Source of the DNA: Octopus bimaculoides
Taxonomy: Eukaryota
NCBI RefSeq assembly: GCF_001194135.2
Contig: NC_069006.1
Location: forward strand, 15,662,987-15,726,986
DNA length: 64,000 nt
Direction: 5' to 3'
The position numbers and the translations under genes were made by a program. Of the stretch, positions 12,609-24,494 are shown one piece after another (the first letter of the stretch is position 1; each line of letters starts with the position of its first letter). Below the pieces are notes generated by a model. It made no database searches. It was not told where the DNA came from and was given only the letters and a program-made list of their open reading frames with translations.

Positions 12609-13466
12609 CACTCATAAAGAGATGCGCGTTTGTGCATATCGTTGTTTATCTTCTCCTTGTCCTTTCGTCTCATTTTCTTACTGCCTAAGTTTTCCCCCAT
12701 TTTGTTTCTAACATCACATCGTCGTTTATATCTGCGGCCATATACTCTCTACTTTTCTGTGGCTACTCTTTTCTTCCTTCTTCATCCTCTCCTCCATACT
12801 TGTACGTGTCTTGCACTCATTTAATCCCCTTTCTCTACCTCGTCTTTGATACTCTTCGCCCGATATTTCTTCTTCCCCAGAATGCCTTTTGCTTATCCTA
12901 TAATCCTCCCATCTCCACGTGCTGTATCTCTTTTCAATCCCATCCATTCTTCAACTCATCATCGACCTTCGCTGTTCTATGCTCTCATCGCTTTTCGTTG
13001 AAGGTCTTATGTCCGAAACGAACTATTTTTGTTCACTCCGCATTACCTATGTGCACAGGATTTGTCCGTTCCGTTTAGATATGAGAGAGAAAGAGAAAGA
13101 GAGAAAGAGCATGCACGTGTGGATCTTTGTATACATGTATTCCTTTATTCCTACATTCCTTCATAATTATCCCCGCTTAGAAATCTCTCCCACATAACGC
13201 AATTTTTATCTCCGAATTTTATCTCCAGCTTTGTTTAATTTAATCATATATGTATTTACCATCCATTGCATCGATCTATATTTTATTACACTTTATAACC
13301 GAATATAATACTGTACTAATATACTATTGCGCTTTTATGCGCTCGTAAAACATAGCCGTATACATGTTATTGTACGTGTGGCTGCAAGGATAATTTAACT
13401 ATGCCCACATTTATGTTAGAGCTCGCCCTGTGATATATACACACACATATACACGCGTGTGTGCAT

Positions 13467-13497
<31 letters not shown>

Positions 13498-13567
13498 GTT
13501 ATACGTTCATATATTTGTGCAAGCTCTCGATCTGTGTGTGTACTATTTTTTACCTAGTATAATACTA

Positions 13568-13756
13568 GGGCTATGCTGAAAAAGTTTTAGCTGAATGAAT
13601 CGCCTCCACAATTTTTATTTAGCCAAGTGCTTATTCTATCGCTCCGTTTGCCGAACCGCTAGCTTACCTGGGAGTAAACACATCAATACCAGTTGTCAAG
13701 CGGTGGTGGGGGACACACACACATATATGACGAGCTTCTTACAGTTTCCGTGTCAC
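13568..13756 (-). mobile_element. SINE family A, 3' half, degenerate
   Basis: GTGCTTATTCTATCG...TTTGCCGAACCGCTAG...GTTGTCAAGCGGTGGTGGGGGAC...CAGTTTCCG matches the family A reverse complement. Confidence 0.7.
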
Positions 13757-13929
13757 TTAGTCGCAAACACATGTCATACAGCTGCAATAGAATGCTGTAT
13801 CACCCAAGTCCATTTACACAATTACTCAATAGATACTGCTGTTATGACTTGCCTTCCTCATTTTATGCCTCCATCGTAGATGGGTAGATTTGCTAATTAC
13901 TTATAATTCTCCTTCGGCTGAATTATTGA

Positions 13930-15135
13930 GGGTGTTGGAGTTTCACATCACCACTACTGTATGTGTTATTGTCGCGGCTTCTGGTCCATTTGGTATACGA
14001 GGGACTTGGACTCCGCTGCCCTCGATGTGCCTCATACCCGGCCATTGGCTCATCCGGTATTGTGGAGAAGAGACTAGATCCTTTTTAAAGACATCTACGT
14101 CCACATTGTGTACGTTTCTTAATTTCTGTGGCAGAGCATTGAAGGGCTATGGAACTTTGAAACTTAAGCTATTGCAGTACCTCGTCCTGAATTTAGATGG
14201 AGTGGGCACTCAATGCCCTTCCAGAATTTTCCATATGTATATTATTACATATCTGTCACACCTTCGCTACAACGAATAGAGTCGTTGTTTTTTCAGCTTC
14301 TCCCTGTAGCTCACCTGCTGCACTATTACAATTTCTTTTAGAGTGGTGACGTTGGACTGCTTAAGCTTCGCCTTTAGATTGGCACTATGTGGTGACCGTG
14401 GAGGCGCAATGGACCAGTGGTTAGGGCAGCGGACTCGCGGTCATAGGATCGCGGTTTCGACTCTTGTGAATGTTTATTGAGCGAAAACACCTAAAGCTCC
14501 ACGAGGCTCTGGCAGAGGATGGTGGCGAACCCTTCTGTACTCTTTCACCACAACTTTCTCTCACTCTTACTTCCTGTTTCTGTTGTGCCTGTAATTCAAA
14601 GGGCCAGCCTTGTCACACTGAATATCCCCGAGAACTACGTTAAAGGTTCACGTGTCTGTGGAGTGCTCAGCCATTTGCACGTTAATTTCACGAGCAGGCT
14701 GTTCCGTTGATCGGATCAACTGGAACCCTCGACGTCGTAAGCGACGGAGTGCCAACAACAACAACAAATGTGGTGACCATAGCTGATAGCAGTATTCTAG
14801 GCGGCTGAGAACGAAAGTCCTCCACAGGGTCAACACAACTTCTTGGTCTCTTGTCTTGAGGCATTTTAGTATCCATCCTGCCAGCTGCTTGCACTTTGCT
14901 GCCATCTTGGTAATGTGCATATGAAATGATGAATCATTGCACATATTGATCCCCATATGACTCTGGGATTGCAGCGCCGTCGGGTCCTGTATATGCAGGC
15001 TGCGGTGTATTTGTGAGTTGAGAGTACAGAGCTTGAAATTTTCCAGCATCAAGCGGCATGTTGTGTACTTCAGCCCACCTGTGTACAGTGCATTCAGGTC
15101 CAGCTGATTTTTTATTGCCTGTGAAAATCGTAGCT
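13930..15135 (-). mobile_element. CR1-group LINE, ORF2 C-terminal region (pseudogene), interrupted by a family C SINE
   Basis: Stitched minus-strand translation: FSQAIKN..LDLNALY, RWAEVHNMPLDAGKFQAL, GINMCNDSSFHMHITKMAAKCKQLAGWILKCLKTRDQEVVLTLWRTFVLSRLEYCYQLWSPH, [SINE], SANLKAKL...SYREKLKKQRLYSL*RRCDRYVIIYIWKILEG...FNALPQKLRNVHNVDVDVFKKDL..STIPDEP. These are typical CR1/L2-group post-RT motifs. Confidence 0.9.
14398..14767 (+). mobile_element. SINE family C, full length, with 11-bp TSD
   Basis: tRNA head GTGGAGGCGCAATGGACCAGTGGTTAGGGCAGCGG...GGTTTCGACTC, (CAA)n tail, TSD ATGTGGTGACC at 14387-14397 and 14768-14778; near-identical to 29354-29733. Confidence 0.95.
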
Positions 15136-15790
15136 TGCCACACACACATCTGTAATGTGTGTGTGTGTGTGTATATATACACGTCCCTATATTTTATTTG
15201 CTATGATATATATTACAACATATTTCTTAGTTTGTTACTCTACAGCCATCTCATCAATTTTCATATTCTTTCAGATATATTTCCCCTTTTAACTAAATAC
15301 TTGTATTTCTCATTAGGCATCTGACACATCTGTCAACAACTGTTGTTGAAAGCTATCCTTCTCAATGTCTTGCTCTCTTTACACTTTCTTCTCCCATTTA
15401 AATTAAGATATCTATGTTTACAATGCATTTTCGAATGGACCTTGCCGATTTTTTTTAAACTAATAACACCACTAAATGCTTCGTTCGTTTGAAAGGCACG
15501 TTCAAAGCGAAACATGAGCTACGTTGCAATTCATCTTAGTTTAATACAATTTTCAATTTCAAACTCCTGTCCTGAGTCGTTTAACAAACATTGCCTTCCA
15601 GCTCATAACTAGACCTTTTGTATGCGGCTGTGTTTGAGTATATACATTCACACACACATATACATGTAATATCTTCACACACATACACACATGCATATAT
15701 ACATACACGTACTCGTTTATATGTACATAGAGACATGTATATATACATACATGTATATATATATACATAAACACATACATACATACATAC

Positions 15791-15895
15791 ATGTATATAT
15801 ACACATATACATGTAAGTATATATGTATATATATACATATATATACACACAAACATTTTATACACACACGTATACACGCACAGATATATACATGT

Positions 15896-15986
<91 letters not shown>

Positions 15987-16069
15987 TAGAGATATGAATA
16001 CACGTCTGCAGTGTCTCTATATCATGTATGTAAATATATATATGTAGTGTGTATGTGTATATATATATA

Positions 16070-16117
<48 letters not shown>

Positions 16118-16120
16118 TAT
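15791..16120. repeat. Compound microsatellite: (TA/CA)n, (GA)n, (GCGT)n
   Basis: Directly visible; explains the spurious ORFs 15559-16128, 15581-16003 and 15791-15997. Confidence 0.95.
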
Positions 16121-16402
16121 ATATACACACACGTTACCTAAATAAGTATATTTTGAATGCGTGTAAGTGAAGTTCTTGCCAATCCTATATTTAGCTTTTA
16201 TTCCCTCATCATTTTTGCTCCTGTTCCGGTGCTATTTCCGGTTAGGGAAACTTTTGTCCGGTTACATCATTATCTCCTAGAAATACACTTTATCAAACAG
16301 CATCTTTCGTCAACAGACATGCGTTAATATTATTCTTTCCCCTCATTTTTCTCGTTGTTGTAATTGTTGTTGTCATCATCATCATCATTATTATTAGTGA
16401 TT

Positions 16403-16618
16403 AAGGTGGCGAGCTGGCAGAAACGTTAGCACGCCGGACGAAATGCTTAGCGGTATTTCGTCTGTCTTTACGTTCCGAGTTCAAATTCCACCGAGGTTGA
16501 CTTTGCCTTTCATTCTTTCGGGGTCGATAAATTAAGTACCAGTTGCGTACTGGGGTCGATCTGATTGACTGGCCCCATTCCCCAAAATTTCGGGCCTTCT
16601 ACCTAGAGTAGAAAAGAA
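16403..16618 (+). mobile_element. SINE family B (short-tail form), full length, with 14-bp TSD
   Basis: AAGGTGGCGAGCTGGCAGAAACGTTAGCACGCCGG...GAGTTCAAATTCC (B box)...GCCTTTCATTCTTTCGGGGTCGATAAATTAAGTACCAG; TSD TATTATTAGTGATT at 16389-16402 and 16619-16632. Confidence 0.95.
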
Positions 16619-16662
16619 TATTATTAGTGATTGTCAACATTATTATTATTATCATTATTATT

Positions 16663-16872
16663 GAGCTTGCAGAATGGTTAGCACTCTAGGAAAAAATGCT
16701 TCGCAGCATTTCATCCGTCTGCACGTTGTGAGTTCAAATTCTGCCGAGGTCGACTTTGACTTTCATCCTTTCAGGGTCGATAAAATTAAGTACCAGTTAT
16801 GTACTGGAGTCGATATAAACGACTATACTCCTCCCACCAAATTCCAGGCCTTCTGCTGATACTAGAAAGGAT
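16663..16872 (+). mobile_element. SINE family B, second copy head-to-tail
   Basis: GAGCTTGCAGAATGGTTAG...GAGTTCAAATTCTGCCGAGGTCGACTTTGACTTTCATCCTTTCAGGGTCGATAAAATTAAGTACCAG, in an (ATT)n context. Confidence 0.9.
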
Positions 16873-17686
16873 TACTATTATCATAATCATTACTATTATT
16901 ATTATCGTCATCAGCGCCATCATTATCACTATCAGCGTTATCATTAATGTCGTTTATTCGTGTTGCTGTGACACGCGTTCTATTTTTGAGTTCGTTTTAA
17001 TTTCTTTTCTTTAGAGAATTTTTTTTATCAATGACTCTACGACTGTCATTGGCTTTCTCTATAATGTTGTTGTCGCTGTTGTTCTTGTCTAAAGGTTTGT
17101 GATGTTTCTGCTATTCTCGATATTGCTGCTCAATATGTCAGTGTTGATTTTGTTAAGGATGTGGTGGGAGGTCGGCGCGGAAGCAGCAACGGCAGCAACG
17201 ATAGAGGGGGTGGTGGTGGTGGTGACGATGGCCGTATTGGTGCGTATTTGTCCAGCAAATATCGTTTTATCTGTTTGCTAAGTCCGAAGATTTTGAAATT
17301 GGGTTTCTTGCATCTCAGCTGCAAAGATCCGCTTGATGCACGAGGAAAGACAAAACGAGAGACAGACAGACAGACAAACAGACAGGAGACAGTTTGCTGA
17401 GTTTGTTGACTGGTGGGGGAGGGGGAGCATATATAAACAGATGCACAAAACAGATTATGAGTGGCGATTGAATGTAGGAGTAAGGACATGTGTGCGTGTG
17501 TGGGTGGGTGTGAGGGAGTCATTAAGAGATACGGAGAGGAGAGGAAAGAGAGAGAGAGAAATAGAGAGAGAGAGTGCCGAGAGAGTGTTTGTGGAAGAGA
17601 GAATTAAGACTAGTGAAAGCTATATATGGATAACTGCGACTGTATACCTGCTTCCGTGCATGTGCGTGCGTATATAAACGTATGTA

Positions 17687-17736
<50 letters not shown>

Positions 17737-18705
17737 NNNNNNNNNNNNNNNNNNNNNNNNNNNNNNNNNNNNNNNNNNNNNNNNNNNNNNNNNNNNNNNN
17801 NNNNNNNNNNNNNNNNNNNNNNNNNNNNNNNNNNNNNNNNNNNNNNNNNNNNNNNNNNNNNNNNNNNNNNNNNNNNNNNNNNNNNNNNNNNNNNNNNNNN
17901 NNNNNNNNNNNNNNNNNNNNNNNNNNNNNNNNNNNNNNNNNNNNNNNNNNNNNNNNNNNNNNNNNNNNNNNNNNNNNNNNNNNNNNNNNNNNNNNNNNNN
18001 NNNNNNNNNNNNNNNNNNNNNNNNNNNNNNNNNNNNNNNNNNNNNNNNNNNNNNNNNNNNNNNNNNNNNNNNNNNNNNNNNNNNNNNNNNNNNNNNNNNN
18101 NNNNNNNNNNNNNNNNNNNNNNNNNNNNNNNNNNNNNNNNNNNNNNNNNNNNNNNNNNNNNNNNNNNNNNNNNNNNNNNNNNNNNNNNNNNNNNNNNNNN
18201 NNNNNNNNNNNNNNNNNNNNNNNNNNNNNNNNNNNNNNNNNNNNNNNNNNNNNNNNNNNNNNNNNNNNNNNNNNNNNNNNNNNNNNNNNNNNNNNNNNNN
18301 NNNNNNNNNNNNNNNNNNNNNNNNNNNNNNNNNNNNNNNNNNNNNNNNNNNNNNNNNNNNNNNNNNNNNNNNNNNNNNNNNNNNNNNNNNNNNNNNNNNN
18401 NNNNNNNNNNNNNNNNNNNNNNNNNNNNNNNNNNNNNNNNNNNNNNNNNNNNNNNNNNNNNNNNNNNNNNNNNNNNNNNNNNNNNNNNNNNNNNNNNNNN
18501 NNNNNNNNNNNNNNNNNNNNNNNNNNTTGTAGTTATATATATTCCCACTATTCTGCATAATTCATATATACTGTTTTGCATCTTTATACACGTATGTGAT
18601 TCTAAATATACAGATGTATATATATAGGTAAATACACACTATATATTTACATATATACGTGTGTGGTAATACACATACGTATTTACCTAATTTATATGCG
18701 TTCGC

Positions 18706-18743
<38 letters not shown>

Positions 18744-19145
18744 TGCCTCCTTTCACCTATATCTCTGTTGATTTCCGGCAGTGTTGTATCAATAAATGTT
18801 CGAGACAAAAATCAAAAAATTATGTCTGTAAACTCCGAATGAAGATCAGTTTTCTTCTTTTTCCATAACTTACGAGGAAGAAGAAAAAAAGCAAGGAAAG
18901 AGAAAAAAATACAAACAGAAAAGTGAATTAAGGCAAATTCTTTTTCGCTCAGGAATAACTATTTATGGTAAACATTGTCTGTCGTTGTCTCTAGACACAG
19001 AAGATTAGAATTAAGACAAACGTGACGAGAACCGAATTCCAAGGAAGAAAAATATGGCGGTTCAATCGCAAAGTGAACTGGTGTCGTCTGCTTTGTGTTT
19101 AAGCATTTTAATGTGAGTTTGTGTGCGTGTGTGTGTGTGTGTGTG

Positions 19146-19348
19146 AGGCGAATTGGCAGAAACGTTGCCGCGCCGTAAAAATACTCTTAACAGCATTTTG
19201 TTCGTCCTTATGTTTTGAGTTCAAATTCCACCAAGGTTGACTTTACTTTTTATCTTTTTGGGTCGATAAAGTCAGCACCAGTGAGCAATGCAATCGATGT
19301 AATCGACTCAGTCCATCCCCAAAATTGCTGGCCTTGTGCCAAACTTTG
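19146..19348 (+). mobile_element. SINE family B
   Basis: AGGCGAATTGGCAGAAACG...GAGTTCAAATTCCACCAAGGTTGACTTT...GGGTCGATAAA...AAAATTGCTGGCCTTGTGCC. Confidence 0.85.
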
Positions 19349-19871
19349 ACACACGCACTGATGAATGTTACACATAGATTTCTTTGACAACTTTCGATGA
19401 CTAATTTTTCTTCTATATTGTTTTCATATTGTTGTACCTGATCTTTTTTTTTTTCGATAGAAATATATTTGATTTTTTTTCTATATCAATATATGATTGG
19501 TTTATTATAAAATAATAGTGTTTATTGGTTTATAAATTTATTTCTTCAATAATTTTTTTCCAATTTCTTTCTGGTACTTTTTTTCTCTTCATTTTTTTTT
19601 TTTATCTTGATTTCTTTTCATATTGTATATATTTATTTCATAGAAATATTTCATACAAATGTTTTCGAAGATAATAAATTTGGAGACAGACGAATTACCA
19701 TATCCTATCGATGCAACTATGCACAGATTATTTCAATCTTGTTCTCATTCTCCCGTTCTCTCCCTCTTTCTCTTTGTTACGTATTCTTTCCTTCTGCATT
19801 ACATATAGAAGGATGGGCATTTACAAGCACACGACTTGACATTCAAATATACATATGTGTGTGTATCTATT

Positions 19872-19923
<52 letters not shown>

Positions 19924-20191
19924 CACTTACACACATATAGAGTTACATACGTAATTTGAGAGCGTAGAGGACAAACACATGATGTAATGATCGATACACT
20001 TGTAGACGTACGGATAGAATGAAACGTATAAATCGATCGATAGACAGAGAGGACCACAGACAGATAAAAAGATAAATAGATTCATTGATTGGATTGATTG
20101 ATGAAACCAAGTTATGCAGACACACGCACTTTCTCTAAGTCACTCGATACATATATAAGTCACTCTATATATAAGTCTATAGCGTATGTCA

Positions 20192-20241
<50 letters not shown>

Positions 20242-20839
20242 TCGATATCGATAAGTCTCTCATATATCACAGAACTTCCCAAACTAGACGCTAATATTTA
20301 GAGTCATCTGAACCTAATAATACTATCTACAAAAAAGGGGTATGAGTGTAAGTAACCCCACAAAGCCATGAATCCACAAACGCTTTCCACTTTATTAGAA
20401 CGAAGGCCGACTCAGAATAACGAGATAAAGACAAACAAAAAAATTCACAAACAATCGTAAAAAAAATGTATTCCCCTCATCAACTGCCAAACGGATATCA
20501 CTGTGGTTTCGGCACTTGGGTAGTACCATTCAATGTGGGGGTGCAATCAGCGTTAAAAGCATAAACGCTGCCTGAGAATCAATTGTAATCAGCAAGTGCG
20601 AAATATCAGTATAGTATGCCCTTTACGCCAACAACTGCTCATTTCTACGAGCAAGAACAATTTATATTAACTTATAGCTACAAAAGAGTATTTATAAAAC
20701 AAAGAGCTTACTCCCAAAAGGGACATTATGATCTTATAGGTATAATACAAAGGAACAAGTGAACTAAACAATGGAAAACTAAACGACCCATACCCGGCAT
20801 GATAACACCCACTCAAAAAGCAGCAAACCAAGAACTTAA

Positions 20840-21039
20840 GGCATTACTTAAATACAGAGGGATTTTAACGGCACTACTTAAATACAGGTGTTACGTACAA
20901 AACATTTTGAATATACGCTGTGTGGACGTATAATGACACCCTAACCGCAACCCTAAATCTAACCATAACTCTAAAACTAACTTCCCCACCTCATATCGTT
21001 ACGTAGAATTCATCGAGACTTCTGTATTTAAGTAGTGCC
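20840..21039. mobile_element. MITE-like element with 18-bp terminal inverted repeats and an internal degenerate (CCCTAA)n tract
   Basis: GGCA(T/C)TACTTAAATACAG at 20840-20857 and 20870-20887; inverted copy CTGTATTTAAGTAGTGCC at 21022-21039; telomere-like tract 20938-20981. No clear TSD. Confidence 0.6.
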
Positions 21040-21706
21040 ACACTTAATACATATAGACTATAAAAAGAACAGACAGTCAGACACATTGTTTTCAATCTAT
21101 ATCATATCACAAGAATGAAACCATACCAAAAGCGAACTAATAAAAACTAGTGGAAAAAGTATGTTATAACCAGCTTCCTCGAACAATGTACAAGAAAAAA
21201 AAGACAAGCGTAGAGCAATGTCTATAAAATACATGTTCAATATAAAATAAATTAAGAAAGTAATTTCTAATTAAAAGTAAAATAATAAGCAGGATAAAAT
21301 ATAAAAAGAATTAGAATTAAATTATATTTAAAAATAAACAAAGATATATAAATCAATAACGGCTAGATAAAAACTACTTAATTAAGATTATAACTAAGTA
21401 AATGTCCTAACTACAAAGAGGTTAAATAATCCATTATTAATTAAACTGTCAATGGGCCCTTTACCTGGGAACCACTCAAACTACGCAAATTACAAACTAA
21501 ATTTATGTGGAGTTTGAATCAATATACACACCTGAGAAATGTAGACATTTAAAGTTACTGAAACAAATAAATCATAACAAAATTCTTCTACGTAACACAA
21601 AGTTTCAATTGCTGCAGAAAAAAATTCAATGAAACTCTACTTACCTCTTTAAACCATTGCTGTCAAAAACCAAAGGCCATTATGCGTCAACAGGTAAAAA
21701 TCAATC

Positions 21707-21916
21707 CCAATGGAAGTGATGTTGAACATGATAGTGATTAAGGACTAACCAGCGGATGTGACGTTGTACACAACAGTAAATGATAACTACCCAGCGGATG
21801 TGACGTTGTACACAACAGTAAATGTTAACTACCCAGCGGATGTGACGTTGTACACAACAGTAAATGTTAACTACCCAGCGGAAGTGACACTTGACACAGT
21901 AGTGAATGACAACCAA
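21707..21916. repeat. 42-bp tandem repeat, 5 units (3 near-identical, 2 diverged outer units)
   Basis: Units at 21707, 21749, 21791, 21833 and 21875; core CCAGCGGATGTGACGTTGTACACAACAGTAAATGTTAACTAC. Confidence 0.95.
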
Positions 21917-22291
21917 ACCACCAAAACTTCTTCACAGTGATTTACAAATAACGTAAATAAAAACATTCCTTACAGTTGCTTACCCAGATACAAACTAGAA
22001 ATTATTCCATATTTTTTTCAAAATTTCACCATGTTTCCTTGAACAACGGTTGAAGCATCTAAACACCCTTTTACTACAGTAACCTTGTTCTTCTCTGTGC
22101 ACCTTTAACATGTTAATCCCATCCAAAAACATTCCAAACTAATTATTCTTCCGCATCTAATAACTTGATTTTAAAACACATTATAACCGAACCAAAGAGG
22201 AAATCCAATTTCCGCCCCAGGCAACGATGCAATGCGGAAATTAAAACTATCAGTTTTACTATAAATAACGTCATACATACATATATACAGT

Positions 22292-22324
<33 letters not shown>

Positions 22325-22844
22325 NNNNNNNNNNNNNNNNNNNNNNNNNNNNNNNNNNNNNNNNNNNNNNNNNNNNNNNNNNNNNNNNNNNNNNNNNNNN
22401 NNNNNNNNNNNNNNNNNNNNNNNNNNNNNNNNNNNNNNNNNNNNNNNNNNNNNNNNNNNNNNNNNNNNNNNNNNNNNNNNNNNNNNNNNNNNNNNNNNNN
22501 NNNNNNNNNNNNNNNNNNNNNNNNNNNNNNNNNNNNNNNNNNNNNNNNNNNNNNNNNNNNNNNNNNNNNNNNNNNNNNNNNNNNNNNNNNNNNNNNNNNN
22601 NNNNNNNNNNNNNNNNNNNNNNNNNNNNNNNNNNNNNNNNNNNNNNNNNNNNNNNNNNNNNNNNNNNNNNNNNNNNNNNNNNNNNNNNNNNNNNNNNNNN
22701 NNNNNNNNNNNNNNNNNNNNNNNNNNNNNNNNNNNNNNNNNNNNNNNNNNNNNNNNNNNNNNNNNNNNNNNNNNNNNNNNNNNNNNNNNNNNNNNNNNNN
22801 NNNNNNNNNNNNNNNNNNNNNNNNNNNNNNNNNNNNNNNNNNNN

Positions 22845-22930
22845 TTTAAGCCAGGTACTTATTCTGTTGATCTCTTTTGCCGAACCGCTAAGTTACGGGA
22901 ACGTAATCAAACCAACACCTGTGACAGTGT
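22845..22930 (-). mobile_element. SINE family A fragment adjoining a gap
   Basis: TTTAAGCCAGGTACTTATTCTG...TTTTGCCGAACCGCTAAGTTACGGGAACGTAA. Confidence 0.8.
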
Positions 22931-23035
22931 TTTGATTAAATTCAACAGAATACATATACAACAGAATACGTTTGGATTTTAAACAACGATGTATGTAACA
23001 AACAGAAGTAAATGCCTTGTTTGTTTATCTCTATG

Positions 23036-23077
<42 letters not shown>

Positions 23078-23308
23078 CTCTCTCTTTATGAACAGCGATC
23101 ATCCAGACTAGTTTAAAGCCAATATTACTAATGGCTTAAATAAAATTATAGACTGATTTGCATATATGACGCATTCTTGACAGCTAGATTTATTAATAAA
23201 TTATAAGTGCCTTAACAGTATTTCAACATCAGAACAATGTTTGAAATTAATACCACATTTCATAGATTTCTCAAAGTTAAATGAACTCGGGAATGGATAG
23301 AATATAAA

Positions 23309-23551
23309 AACAGTAACTACGACATGCAGTGCATTTGCAGAAGGTCTTAGAAAAGAGAAACCATGAAACCGCTAAAAGTCAGAACAGAGAAACAATGAAA
23401 AGCCTTAATGAGAGGAGAAATATCTAAGGCAGGAATGGCTGAGCATATATGGTGCGTAAAAGGAAATTATATTCCGCTATTGAACGACATTTCCATAATT
23501 GATATAGAACTATAGTGGAAACTTAGAAACATCAAAGAAGCAGAATTATAG
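23309..23551 (+). mobile_element. Penelope-like element GIY-YIG endonuclease remnant (pseudogene)
   Basis: One frame, 81 codons with internal stops: NSNYDMQCICRRS*KRETMKPLKVRTEKQ*KALMRGEISKAGMAEHIWCVKGNYIPLLNDISIIDIEL*WKLRNIKEAEL*. Fits the PLE pattern Y.IPC.C...Y.GET..PL..R..EH......S.MA.HIW......W....I.D.E..W..R..KEA. Confidence 0.8.
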
Positions 23552-23947
23552 AGCTTGCTGAGAACTCAATCAGTGAGTTTAATATTAACATCGGATCAAT
23601 ATGACTGCGTTTACTGGAAAATAAATAAAAAAAAAAAACCTGTGAATCGTTTCAGAAAATGATGATGAAGTTCATTTATTCTACCATGGACGACTACCAG
23701 TTTGTGTTCCAGGCAAGTTTCTCTCCATGGCATAATCATGAAAAAGGTTTTCATGTGGAAGACTAGCAGTCGACAATGGATGCGAGTCTTCTCATTGTAT
23801 CTCAGATACAGTGTCTGAATTACAAACGGGATGGTCACGACTGAAACATTTTCAATCTTAAGGAGCCGGTGTAAATACATCGATGCCCGAACGATTCTAC
23901 GGATCCGATATTTTTTCTTGAAATATCCTTATTTTATTCTTATTTTA

Positions 23948-24281
23948 AATGTTTCAGTCATTAGACTGCGACCATGCTGTAGCACCGCGTTGAACAATCC
24001 TAATCGAACGAATTGACACCAGTAATTGATTTAAGCTTGGCACTTATCCTAGCGGTCTCTTGTGCTAAATCGCTACGTTACGGGAACGTAAACACACCAA
24101 CGCTGGTTGTCAAGCGATAGTGGGACACGCGAGCGCGCAACGGATTTCTTTCAGTTTCCGTCTATTTTGCTCGGCTTGAGGCTATAGCAGAAGACACTTG
24201 TGCAAGTGCCACGCAATGGGACTGAACCCGAAACCATGTGGTTGGGAAGTAAACTTTTTACCACACAATCACGTTTGTGCC
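23948..24281 (-). mobile_element. SINE family A, near full length
   Basis: Tail TGTTTCAGTCATTAGACTGCGACCATGCTGTAGCACCGC through CORE-like GAAGACACTTGTGCAAGTGCCACGC to head GGACTGAACCCGAAACCATGTGG...TACCACAC. Confidence 0.9.
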
Positions 24282-24494
24282 TATCCAGATGATTTTCAAA
24301 AACGATGGAGGTGTGCATCGAGTATGGGAAGTAGGTATAAAAAAAAACAATATAAAAAACAATATAAACATATATGCAATGAAACATCGTAACAGGCCTC
24401 AGCCATATGAGGCCCTTCAACATCACCACAGATTTTGAATTAGCATGACTTTCAAGCACAAATATTCTCTCCCTACTATAACGGTTGAGAGTAT

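Noticed and set aside
12992-13025. CGTTGAAGG...CCGAAACG as a hammerhead
   Set aside because: The core lacks CUGANGA, stem II is poor and there is no NUH triplet.
14398-14470. SINE heads as genuine tRNA genes (also 16403, 27631-27697, 29660-29733)
   Set aside because: A and B boxes are present, but I could not form a complete cloverleaf and each continues into a repeat body.
21200-21480. Very A-rich stretch as a mitochondrial insertion (NUMT)
   Set aside because: In the portion I translated, all three minus frames had TAA/TAG stops, and I recognised no rRNA or tRNA motif; BLAST against the mitogenome would settle it.
21749-21916. 42-bp repeat as a CRISPR array
   Set aside because: Units are contiguous with no unique spacers, there are no cas genes, and the context is eukaryotic.
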